A DNA stretch of 37,997 nt, taken from positions 1 to 37,997 of IMG/VR virus record IMGVR_UViG_3300017748_000027. The stretch is one strand, 5' to 3'. The notes beneath the pieces are model-generated. The model worked only from the letters and a program-made list of their open reading frames with translations, was not told where the DNA came from and ran no database searches. Source of the DNA: a virus. Taxonomy: Duplodnaviria; Caudoviricetes. Positions 16,949 to 25,549 of the stretch are shown one piece after another. Numbering within the stretch: the stretch's first letter is position 1; each line of letters starts with the position of its first letter. Both the position numbers and the translations under genes were made by a program.

Positions 16949-19360
16949 ATGCAAATTTCTTACACAAGTAATAGTTCTTTTCCAGATCAGGTTGTACCAG
17001 CTGAAGAAAAAGCTACTTTAGAGTATGGGCTTGCCGTAGGTAGAGCTATAGAAAGTGAATGGTTTAAAAATTATAGAGGTGGAGTAAATGCTCCTGGTTA
17101 TGCTGTTAATTTTAATGAGTTTCATAATTTAAGATTATACGCTAGAGGTGAACAGCCTGTTCAAAAGTATAAAGATGAACTAGCTATTAATGGTGATTTA
17201 TCATATTTAAACTTAGACTGGAAACCTGTTCCTGTTATTGCAAAATTTGTAGATATTGTTGTTAATGGTATATCTGGTAGAACTTATGAAATAAATGCTT
17301 TTGCTCAAGACCCTGTTTGTTCAAGGCAAAGAACAGATTATGCTACAGGATTAATGACTGACATTGTAGCTAAAGATTATTTAAACAGCGCTCAACAAAT
17401 ATTAGGTGTTAATGCTTTTAATTCTGAAAATCCTGATGCTGCACCTCAAGATAAAGAAGAATTAGCTATACATTTACAAATGGATTTTAAACAGTCTGTT
17501 GAAGTTGCAGAAGAAGAAGCTATTAATTATATTTTAGAAAACAATAAATACGAGTTGACTAGAAGAAGATTAGCTTACGACTTAACTGTTTTAGGTATAG
17601 CTGCTGTTAAAACTACATTTAATCAAGCTGAAGGCGTTACTGTAGATTATGTAGATCCTGCAGCTATGGTATATTCTTACACTGATGATCCTAATTTTGA
17701 AAACTTATATTATGTAGGAGAAGTTAAATCTGTTTCTATACCAGATATTAAAAAACAGTTTCCACAATTAACTGACGAAGAATTAGAAACAATACAAAAA
17801 TACCCAGGTAATCCAGAGTATTTAAGAAACTGGAACGGTAGATATGACGATCTAACTGTACAAGTAGTGTACTTTGAATATAAAACTTACCAAGACCAAG
17901 TCTTTAAAATAAAGAAAAACGCTTTTGGATTAGAAAAAGTATTAGAAAAACCTGACACTTTTAGTCCACCTGAAACTGAAAACTTTGAAGTAATAACTAG
18001 ATCAATAGAAGTGCTATATAGCGGAGCAAAAATACTAGGGCATCCTATGATGCTAGAGTGGAAGCTAGCTAGAAATATGACTAGACCTACTGGTGACACA
18101 GTTAAAGTTAATATGAATTATAATATATGTGCGCCAAGATTATATAAAGGTAGAATTAATTCATTAGTAAAAAGAATAACAGGCTTTGCTGACATGATTC
18201 AGCTTACACATCTTAAAATACAACAAGTACTATCTAGAACAGTTCCTGATGGTGTGTTTTTAGACATGGATGGATTAGCCGAGGTAGATTTAGGTAATGG
18301 TACAAAGTACAACCCAGCCGAAGCTTTAAATATGTATTTCCAAACTGGTAGTATTGTAGGTAGATCGTTAACTCAAGAAGGTGATCCTAATAGAGGTAAA
18401 GTGCCAATACAAGAGTTACAGACTGGAAGCGGCAGTGCAAAAATATCAACCTTAATACAGACTTATCAATATTACTTACAAATGATAAGAGATGTAACCG
18501 GGCTTAATGAAGCAAGGGATGGTAGTACACCAGATAAAAATTCTTTAGTAGGTTTGCAAAAATTAGCAGCTGCTAATAGTAATACAGCTACTAGACACAT
18601 ACTACAAGCTCAATTATTTTTAACAGTAAGAACTTGTGAAAACATATCGCTAAGAGTTGCTGATGCTTTACAATATCCATTAACTAGACAAGCTTTAGAA
18701 AATAGTATATCAGAATATAATGTAGGTACTTTAGATCAATTATCTAAAATAAATATACATGACTTTGGTATATTTTTACAATTAGAACCAGACGAAGAAG
18801 AAAAACAACAGCTTGAACAAAATATTCAAATTGCTTTAAAAACTAACTCTATAACATTAGAAGATGCTATAGATATAAGAAATGTAAAAAATCTAGCTTT
18901 AGCTAATCAAATGTTGAAGTATAGAAGAAAGAAAAAAGCACAGGCAGATCAGCAAGCTGCACAAGCTAATATCCAAGCACAGGCTCAAGCAAATGCTCAA
19001 ACAGCAGAAAAAGCTGCATTAGCTGAAATGCAAAAACAACAAGCGCTAGCAGAAACGCAAGTACAGATAGAACAAGCTAAATCTCAGTTTAATATAAATA
19101 AAATTGAACGAGAGTCTCAAATGAGAAAAGAAGAAATGGAACTTAAGTTTACATATGATATGCAGTTAGCTCAGTTAGATGTAGGTTTCAGAAGAGATAA
19201 AGAAAAACAAATTGAAGATCGTAAAGATCAAAGAACAAGAATATCAGGAACTCAGCAAAGTGAAATGATTAGTCAGAGAAAAAACGATACACCTCCAACT
19301 AATTTCACTGAAACAGAAAATCCTGATGGATTAAACTTAAGTGCATTTAATATGCAATAA
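16949..19360 (+). CDS. Portal protein
   Basis: 803 aa between terL and scaffold/capsid; Q/A-rich C-terminal coiled-coil barrel typical of podovirus portals. Confidence 0.85.
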   Translation: MQISYTSNSSFPDQVVPAEEKATLEYGLAVGRAIESEWFKNYRGGVNAPGYAVNFNEFHNLRLYARGEQPVQKYKDELAINGDLSYLNLDWKPVPVIAKFVDIVVNGISGRTYEINAFAQDPVCSRQRTDYATGLMTDIVAKDYLNSAQQILGVNAFNSENPDAAPQDKEELAIHLQMDFKQSVEVAEEEAINYILENNKYELTRRRLAYDLTVLGIAAVKTTFNQAEGVTVDYVDPAAMVYSYTDDPNFENLYYVGEVKSVSIPDIKKQFPQLTDEELETIQKYPGNPEYLRNWNGRYDDLTVQVVYFEYKTYQDQVFKIKKNAFGLEKVLEKPDTFSPPETENFEVITRSIEVLYSGAKILGHPMMLEWKLARNMTRPTGDTVKVNMNYNICAPRLYKGRINSLVKRITGFADMIQLTHLKIQQVLSRTVPDGVFLDMDGLAEVDLGNGTKYNPAEALNMYFQTGSIVGRSLTQEGDPNRGKVPIQELQTGSGSAKISTLIQTYQYYLQMIRDVTGLNEARDGSTPDKNSLVGLQKLAAANSNTATRHILQAQLFLTVRTCENISLRVADALQYPLTRQALENSISEYNVGTLDQLSKINIHDFGIFLQLEPDEEEKQQLEQNIQIALKTNSITLEDAIDIRNVKNLALANQMLKYRRKKKAQADQQAAQANIQAQAQANAQTAEKAALAEMQKQQALAETQVQIEQAKSQFNINKIERESQMRKEEMELKFTYDMQLAQLDVGFRRDKEKQIEDRKDQRTRISGTQQSEMISQRKNDTPPTNFTETENPDGLNLSAFNMQ

Positions 19361-19386
19361 GTATTTTTTAACTATTATATTATATT

Positions 19387-20547
19387 ATGTCAACAACAAA
19401 ACAAGAGCAAGAGGCTTTGCCTTTGAAAATAAAAAAGCCTTCATTAAAAAGGGATAATGATCAAGTGTATAAGCTTGATATGAATAAAAAACCAGAAGAA
19501 AAACAAGAAGAAGATGCCATTCCAGAGCAAAGCGCAGGAAGTTTGGATGAGGATAAACAAACCACAAATGTGGAAAAAGTGGAGGAAAGAGCACCCGAAC
19601 CAAGTATTGAGCCGGTTGCCGAAGAAGAAAAAGAAGAAGTAAGTCCTATAGAAGAAATCACTGTTGAGAAAAAAGAAGAAGTAGTACAGGAAACTTCACA
19701 AGAGCATAAGGAAGAAACACCAACTAAAAAACTTCCAGAAAATATAGAAGCATTGGTAAGCTTTATGGAAGAAACAGGTGGTACTGTTGAAGACTATGCT
19801 AGATTAAATAGAGATTATTCACAGTATAACGAAGATGCTATACTAAATGAATATTATAAAAGAACTAAACCACATTTAAATCAAGAAGAGATTAGCTTCA
19901 TAATGGAAGATAATTTTAAAGTTGAAGAAGATGTGGACGATGAGCGAGAAATAAAGAAAAAGAAACTTGCTTATAAAGAAGAAATTGCTAAAGCCAAAGG
20001 TTTTTTGGAAGAAACAAAGAGCAAATACTACAAAGAAATCAAGTTGAGGTCTAGTGGTACAACTCCGGAACAACAAAAAGCTATGGACTTTTTCAATAGA
20101 TACAACAAAGAACAAGAAAAAGGAGCAAAGAACAGAGAGATATTTATTAATAATTCTAATAAGTTATTCAACGAAGACTTTAAAGGTTTTGAATATTCAG
20201 TTGGAGAAAAAACATTTAGATATAATGTAAATAACCCTAGTGATATTGCTAAAAAACAATCAAATTTAAATAGTTTGTTTCAGAAGTTCTTGAACAAAGA
20301 AGGTGCGATTGGTGATGCCAAAGGTTATCACAAAGCTTTATATACAGCGCAAAATCCTGATAGAATTGCAGCTCATTTTTATGAACAAGGTAAAGCAGAT
20401 GCTATAAGAAATGTTGCTTCTAAATCAAAAAATATTGGTGAAGATGTAAGACCTCAAGCAAATGGTGACATGTTTATAAATGGGTTGCGAGTAAAAGCGA
20501 TTAGCGGTGTAGATAGTTCTAAGTTGAAATTTAAAACAAAAAAATAA
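19387..20547 (+). CDS. Capsid scaffolding/assembly protein
   Basis: 386 aa; Glu-rich disordered N-terminus, helical C-half; between portal and major capsid. Confidence 0.7.
   Translation: MSTTKQEQEALPLKIKKPSLKRDNDQVYKLDMNKKPEEKQEEDAIPEQSAGSLDEDKQTTNVEKVEERAPEPSIEPVAEEEKEEVSPIEEITVEKKEEVVQETSQEHKEETPTKKLPENIEALVSFMEETGGTVEDYARLNRDYSQYNEDAILNEYYKRTKPHLNQEEISFIMEDNFKVEEDVDDEREIKKKKLAYKEEIAKAKGFLEETKSKYYKEIKLRSSGTTPEQQKAMDFFNRYNKEQEKGAKNREIFINNSNKLFNEDFKGFEYSVGEKTFRYNVNNPSDIAKKQSNLNSLFQKFLNKEGAIGDAKGYHKALYTAQNPDRIAAHFYEQGKADAIRNVASKSKNIGEDVRPQANGDMFINGLRVKAISGVDSSKLKFKTKK
19514..19642 (+). CDS. Overprinted (+1 frame) 42-aa basic peptide inside the scaffold gene
   Basis: MPFQSKAQEVWMRINKPQMWKKWRKEHPNQVLSRLPKKKKKK*; resembles the recalled MPFKSKAQ..W...N.P...KKW small phage protein pattern; local shift in scaffold codon usage. 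Confidence 0.7.
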   Translation: MPFQSKAQEVWMRINKPQMWKKWRKEHPNQVLSRLPKKKKKK

Positions 20548-20565
20548 CAACTAAAAACAAAAATT

Positions 20566-22080
20566 ATGGCTTTTGCTACAAGTGGGTCTTTTCCCGCAAG
20601 TTTAGTTCCAGCTCAAACTCGACAAGCTCTTCACACAAACTACTTAACGTTTGATGGAAGTACAGGTAATTTTGCTCAGCAATATTTACCAGAGCTTTAC
20701 GAAGCTGAGGTGGAAAGATATGGAAACAGAACAATTGGTGGTTTCCTAAGAATGGTCGGCGCAGAGATGCCGATGACATCAGATCAAGTAATTTGGTCTG
20801 AACAAAATAGATTACATATTGCATATAAGTCTTGTACTGTTGCTGCTCCAGGTGGGTTAGCTGATGCTGATATTACACTTACTATTGATTTAGCTGTTGC
20901 ACAGCCTGCTGTTGCTGCCGCTGATAGAAGAGGTGCTATCAGACAAGGACAAACAGTATTAATCTCTGACAATGCAACTGGATTAAACGTACAAAAAGGT
21001 TTAGTACAAGCTGTTTCTGGTGCTACTCTTAACGTGTTAAATGTTAAGTTTTATGGTACAGCTACTAACGCTTTACCAGTAACTGCAGGTGGATGTAACG
21101 TATTTGTTTACGGATCAGAGTTTGGTAAAGGTTCTATTGGTATGCAAGGAACAGTTCAACCTTCTTTTCAACAGTATGCTAACAGACCAATGATTCTTAA
21201 AGATAACTTTGAGATTAATGGTTCTGATACTGCTCAAATTGGTTGGGTTGAAGTTGCTACTGAAGACGGTCAGTCAGGTTATCTATGGTATTTAAAAGCT
21301 GAGTCTGAAACAAGACTTAGATTTGAAGATATGTTAGAGATGGCAATGGTTGAAGCAGAAAACATGTATAATGATGGTTATACTGAGGCTGGTAATGCTG
21401 TACAATATCAGTATGGTGGAGCTTCTAACGCTGCATTAACTACTAATATTCAAGGTTCTGAAGGTTTATTCGCTGCTATCGAAGCAAGAGGTAATGTATA
21501 CTCTGGTTTTGCTGGTGCTGCTGCTCCTGGTTCAGGTGCTTTATCTGATTTTGATGAAATACTCAAAAACTTAGATAAGCAAGGTGCTATTGAAGAAAAT
21601 ATGTTATTCTTGTCTAGAGCTACTGCTCTTGACTTTGATGATATGATTGCTGCTGTTAATGGAGCTTATGCTTCTACTGCATCTGCTTCTTTCGGATTAT
21701 TTGAGAATGATGGTGATATGGCATTAAACTTTGGATTTTCAGGATTTAGAAGAGGTTCTTATGACTTCTACAAAACTGATTGGAAATACTTAAATGATGC
21801 TTCATTAAGAGGTCTTGACAAAGAAATCGATGGTGTATTAATACCAGCTGGTACTACTACAGTATATGATCAAATGTTAGGATCAAACATCAGACGTCCT
21901 TTCTTACACGTAAGATATAGAGCTTCTGAAACTGAAGATCGAAGAATGAAGTCTTGGATTACTGGTTCAGTTGGTGGTGCATACACCGACACTCTAGATG
22001 CTATGACTGTAAGTTTCTTATCTGAAAGATGTTTAGTAACTCAAGCTGCTAATAACTTCGTGTTATTTAAAGGAGCTTAA
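20566..22080 (+). CDS. Major capsid protein
   Basis: 504 aa after scaffold; strong codon bias; QQYLPELYEAEVERYGNRT N-terminal region; terminator two genes later. Confidence 0.88.
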   Translation: MAFATSGSFPASLVPAQTRQALHTNYLTFDGSTGNFAQQYLPELYEAEVERYGNRTIGGFLRMVGAEMPMTSDQVIWSEQNRLHIAYKSCTVAAPGGLADADITLTIDLAVAQPAVAAADRRGAIRQGQTVLISDNATGLNVQKGLVQAVSGATLNVLNVKFYGTATNALPVTAGGCNVFVYGSEFGKGSIGMQGTVQPSFQQYANRPMILKDNFEINGSDTAQIGWVEVATEDGQSGYLWYLKAESETRLRFEDMLEMAMVEAENMYNDGYTEAGNAVQYQYGGASNAALTTNIQGSEGLFAAIEARGNVYSGFAGAAAPGSGALSDFDEILKNLDKQGAIEENMLFLSRATALDFDDMIAAVNGAYASTASASFGLFENDGDMALNFGFSGFRRGSYDFYKTDWKYLNDASLRGLDKEIDGVLIPAGTTTVYDQMLGSNIRRPFLHVRYRASETEDRRMKSWITGSVGGAYTDTLDAMTVSFLSERCLVTQAANNFVLFKGA

Positions 22081-22110
22081 TTATTGTTTAACATTTAAAA
22101 GATAAAAATT

Positions 22111-22380
22111 ATGGGACATATAAAATTAGCAAAAGCTAGTGGTGAATTTGACATAGTATCTGCCGATGGTGTAGGTTCAGTTAAATTAACATCGAACAAA
22201 GTAGTCATAGGATATATGGCTAATAAAGAAGTACAAATATCAGGTGCTTCTAACTTAACTGCTGCAGATGTTTTTACTGTTGTAAAAGCTATTGATGTAA
22301 TGGAAGGCTGTTCAGGGCCAGCTCCATTAACAGAGTTAAGTTCTAAAGTTACTGCTACAGATATTGAAGCATTAGCTTAA
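22111..22380 (+). CDS. Small protein co-transcribed with capsid (possible decoration protein)
   Basis: 89 aa between capsid gene and strong terminator. Confidence 0.6.
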   Translation: MGHIKLAKASGEFDIVSADGVGSVKLTSNKVVIGYMANKEVQISGASNLTAADVFTVVKAIDVMEGCSGPAPLTELSSKVTATDIEALA

Positions 22381-22391
22381 ACTAAAAAAAT

Positions 22392-22420
22392 AAGATCCCG
22401 CTTCGGCGGGGTCTTTATTA
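22392..22420 (+). terminator. Intrinsic terminator after the capsid operon
   Basis: AAGATCCCGC-TTCG-GCGGGGTCTT hairpin (C-UUCG-G tetraloop) followed by T-rich tract. Confidence 0.85.
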
Positions 22421-22441
22421 ATTATTATATTATATTATATT

Positions 22442-23212
22442 ATGGAAACAAAAGAAAAAAAGACTCAAGTAAAAAAAGATACTTGGGAATATAAAGATAG
22501 AAATTACTATCTATTAAAAAACAAAATGCCTTTAACTCACACTTTACCTAGTAGACACTCTGCTAGATACCCTTTGGTATGGTTTGACAAAGAAAAAGGT
22601 TATGAAAGAGAAATGAGATATGCTAGCAATCATAAAAGCATATTTGTTGATGAGCAAAAAGGAAACGTAACTTTAGCACATATTGTTTTTGAAAAAGGAC
22701 ATTTACAAGTTCCTAAAGAAAAAAGAAATTTACAAGAGTTCTTAACTAAACATCCACACAACGGTATTGTATTTACAGAGTTTGATGCTATAGTGGAAGC
22801 AGAAGATCATTTTGATTGGTTAGAACTAGAACTTGCAGCTTCTAATATGGCTTATGAAATGGATGTTGATAAAGCCGAAGCTATATTAAGAGTTGAAAAA
22901 GGATCAAGCGTAAATACTTTATCTTCTAAAGAATTAAAAAGAGATTTATTAATATTTGCTAAACAGCAACCTAAATTGTTTTTAAACCTTTGTGAAGATG
23001 AAAATGTTGAATTAAGAAACTTTGCTATCAAAGCAGTTGAAGCTAATATTATTAGTTTAGCTGATGATAATAGAGTATTTAAATGGACTAGTAATAGTAG
23101 AAAACTAATGACAGTTCCATTTGAAGAAAACCCATATTCAGCAATAGCAGCTTGGTTAAAAACAGATGAAGGTATTGAAGTTTATAAATCAATACAGAAA
23201 AAACTAAAATAA
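22442..23212 (+). CDS. Hypothetical protein downstream of capsid
   Basis: 256-aa ORF with (ATTAT)3 leader, bounded by two hairpins. Confidence 0.8.
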   Translation: METKEKKTQVKKDTWEYKDRNYYLLKNKMPLTHTLPSRHSARYPLVWFDKEKGYEREMRYASNHKSIFVDEQKGNVTLAHIVFEKGHLQVPKEKRNLQEFLTKHPHNGIVFTEFDAIVEAEDHFDWLELELAASNMAYEMDVDKAEAILRVEKGSSVNTLSSKELKRDLLIFAKQQPKLFLNLCEDENVELRNFAIKAVEANIISLADDNRVFKWTSNSRKLMTVPFEENPYSAIAAWLKTDEGIEVYKSIQKKLK

Positions 23213-23227
23213 CAAGTGATTATAATT

Positions 23228-23252
23228 AAGGCGGCTATGCGGCCGCCTTTTT
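23228..23252 (+). terminator. Intrinsic terminator
   Basis: AAGGCGGCT-ATGC-GGCCGCCTT hairpin ending in a T5 run. Confidence 0.8.
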
Positions 23253-23265
23253 AATATATATAAAT

Positions 23266-24339
23266 ATGGGAATTAATGTAAATACTGTTTACACTACAGT
23301 TTTAAGTATCTTAAATAAAGAGCAAAGAGGTTATTTAACGCCGTACGAGTATAATCTTCTAGCTAGTCAAATACAACTAGAAGTCTTTGAATCTTTTTTT
23401 GAAGATTATAACCAGTATTTACGTATGCCTAAAACAGACGAAGAGTATGCTAGTAGAATAGAACACATAAGAGATGAATATCAATTATTTGAAATGTTTG
23501 AGTCTGCATCACAAAATACTAATCCTTCTAACGTATACGCATATCCAACCGACTTACATAGACTAGGAACTGTGTTCTACAACGGCGTTAAAGGATCGCC
23601 AAGAATACAACTAGTTAGTCAAAGAGAATTTAGACAACTAAATATGTCACCGTTAACTCAGCCGAGTGAAACTTTTCCAATAGCAACATTTAAAGATAAT
23701 AAACTAACTGTATATCCACAGATAACTAATGGCAATCCAGCCGTTACATCTGTTAATGACGTTAAATTTAGCTACATGCGTAAGCCTACAGATCCACGTT
23801 GGGGATTTTATGTAGGTGACTTAGGCCAATATATATATGACTCTAGAACTTTTTCTACTTCTAAACTGATTATAGGACAAACTTTTACTGTTGTTCCATC
23901 TTTTGCAATTGGAACTACGGCAGTTGCTGGAACTTACACTGGAGTAGTTACGTCAACTAACGGATCTGGAACTGGTTGTTTATTAGATATAACTGTAGCA
24001 GGATCAGGTACAATAACTTTATCTAACGCTAATACTACTATAAAAATTTCTACTTTAGATAACAGCTCAGGATATGCTGTTAATAATGCGTTATCTGTTG
24101 CTGCTGGCGCATTTGGATCGTTGAACAATGGTTTTTCATTAAGACTTATAGAAGCAAAAGATTTAATGACTAAAACTAACACTACTCAAGGAAGTATCGA
24201 CTATGAAATAGATGATTCTCAAAGAAACATTGTTACTATGGAGATATTAAAATACTCTGGTGTAATCGTAAAAGATCCTGGTGTAGTCAACGCAGCTTAT
24301 AAAGAATTAGCTGAAGATGAAGCAAACGAAAAAAGATAA
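23266..24339 (+). CDS. Head-tail adaptor/tail ring protein with inserted beta-rich domain
   Basis: 357 aa; first gene of tail module; helical ends flanking a G/S/T-rich insert. Confidence 0.6.
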   Translation: MGINVNTVYTTVLSILNKEQRGYLTPYEYNLLASQIQLEVFESFFEDYNQYLRMPKTDEEYASRIEHIRDEYQLFEMFESASQNTNPSNVYAYPTDLHRLGTVFYNGVKGSPRIQLVSQREFRQLNMSPLTQPSETFPIATFKDNKLTVYPQITNGNPAVTSVNDVKFSYMRKPTDPRWGFYVGDLGQYIYDSRTFSTSKLIIGQTFTVVPSFAIGTTAVAGTYTGVVTSTNGSGTGCLLDITVAGSGTITLSNANTTIKISTLDNSSGYAVNNALSVAAGAFGSLNNGFSLRLIEAKDLMTKTNTTQGSIDYEIDDSQRNIVTMEILKYSGVIVKDPGVVNAAYKELAEDEANEKR

Positions 24340-24342
24340 GAT

Positions 24343-25545
24343 ATGTACACATCAGGAAATCAAAAACAACAAACTAACTCAGAGTATTACTCAGGTGAAG
24401 TATCTCAATCAGGCGACGGTACAACTACTAACGCTGTAACTTGGCCACAAACTTTACCGCCGTTAATTTTTAATGATGGAGCAACTCAAACTTCTGTTGA
24501 TAATTTTGACGTTTTTATTGATAATGTAAAGCAGTTTGGTCAAGCACCTTATATTTTTTCTACTTCATTAAGCACTACTATAACCAATGGTGTAGCTGTT
24601 CAAATATTAAATATAACTACTAATGTAGTTATTCCAAATACTTCTGTAATTAAAGTGTCTCTTATAGATGAAAGTAGATGGAGCAACTACGGAGGGTATC
24701 AATATACGCCATTAAATGAAGTGGTTAATAACTTTATGATTAATTATGTAGGAACAGATAAAGTAATACCAAGAGTTAAAAGAGCTGATTTAATATATCA
24801 CGCTAAAAGAGGTATACAAGAATTTAGTTACGACACACTAAAAAGTATAAAGGCTCAAGAACTAACTATACCTAATAATTTGTCTATAGTAGCTCCGCAA
24901 GATATGGTTAACTACGTGCAGCTTTCATGGGTAGATCAAGCAGGTGTTAAACATATTATATATAATACTAGATTAACAAGTAATCCTACAGCTCCAATAA
25001 TACAAGATGATCAAGGTATACCAACTCAAGACCAATATGGAAATAATCTAGAGTCTCAACAAGCTTTAATAAATGATAGATGGAGAACAGCTAACCAAAA
25101 TAATTTAGCAGGCTCGGCTGGTAGTGAAAATTTTACAGAAGCAGATGTTTATTCTAATGCTTGGTATAAAAATGTTTATGGACAAAGATATGGCGCAGAA
25201 CCAGAAGTTAGTCAAAAAAATGGATGGTTTACTTACGACCCTAGAAGAAATGTGTTTGCTTTTAGTGGTAATTTAGCTCAAAGATTAATTGTTTTAGAAT
25301 ATATTTCAGATGGTTTATACAGTGATGAAGATACTAAAATACCTAAACTAGCAGAAGATGCTTTATATGCTTATATGCTATATGCCGTAACTTCTGTTAA
25401 ACCTAAAGTACCTGAATATATTGTTCAAAGATATAAAAAAGACAAATCTGCTAAATTAAGAAACGCTAAGATAAGGTTAAGCAATATTAAATTAGAAGAG
25501 TTTACTCAAGTAATGAGAGGTAAGTCTAAATGGATTAAACATTAA
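24343..25545 (+). CDS. Tail ring/adaptor structural protein
   Basis: 400 aa; T-rich beta N-terminal extension; position in tail module. Confidence 0.55.
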   Translation: MYTSGNQKQQTNSEYYSGEVSQSGDGTTTNAVTWPQTLPPLIFNDGATQTSVDNFDVFIDNVKQFGQAPYIFSTSLSTTITNGVAVQILNITTNVVIPNTSVIKVSLIDESRWSNYGGYQYTPLNEVVNNFMINYVGTDKVIPRVKRADLIYHAKRGIQEFSYDTLKSIKAQELTIPNNLSIVAPQDMVNYVQLSWVDQAGVKHIIYNTRLTSNPTAPIIQDDQGIPTQDQYGNNLESQQALINDRWRTANQNNLAGSAGSENFTEADVYSNAWYKNVYGQRYGAEPEVSQKNGWFTYDPRRNVFAFSGNLAQRLIVLEYISDGLYSDEDTKIPKLAEDALYAYMLYAVTSVKPKVPEYIVQRYKKDKSAKLRNAKIRLSNIKLEEFTQVMRGKSKWIKH

Positions 25546-25549
25546 TTAA

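Noticed and set aside
19931-20047. Second Lys-rich +1 segment in the scaffold gene
   Set aside because: Interrupted by TAA at 19952-19954; Lys richness follows from GAA runs
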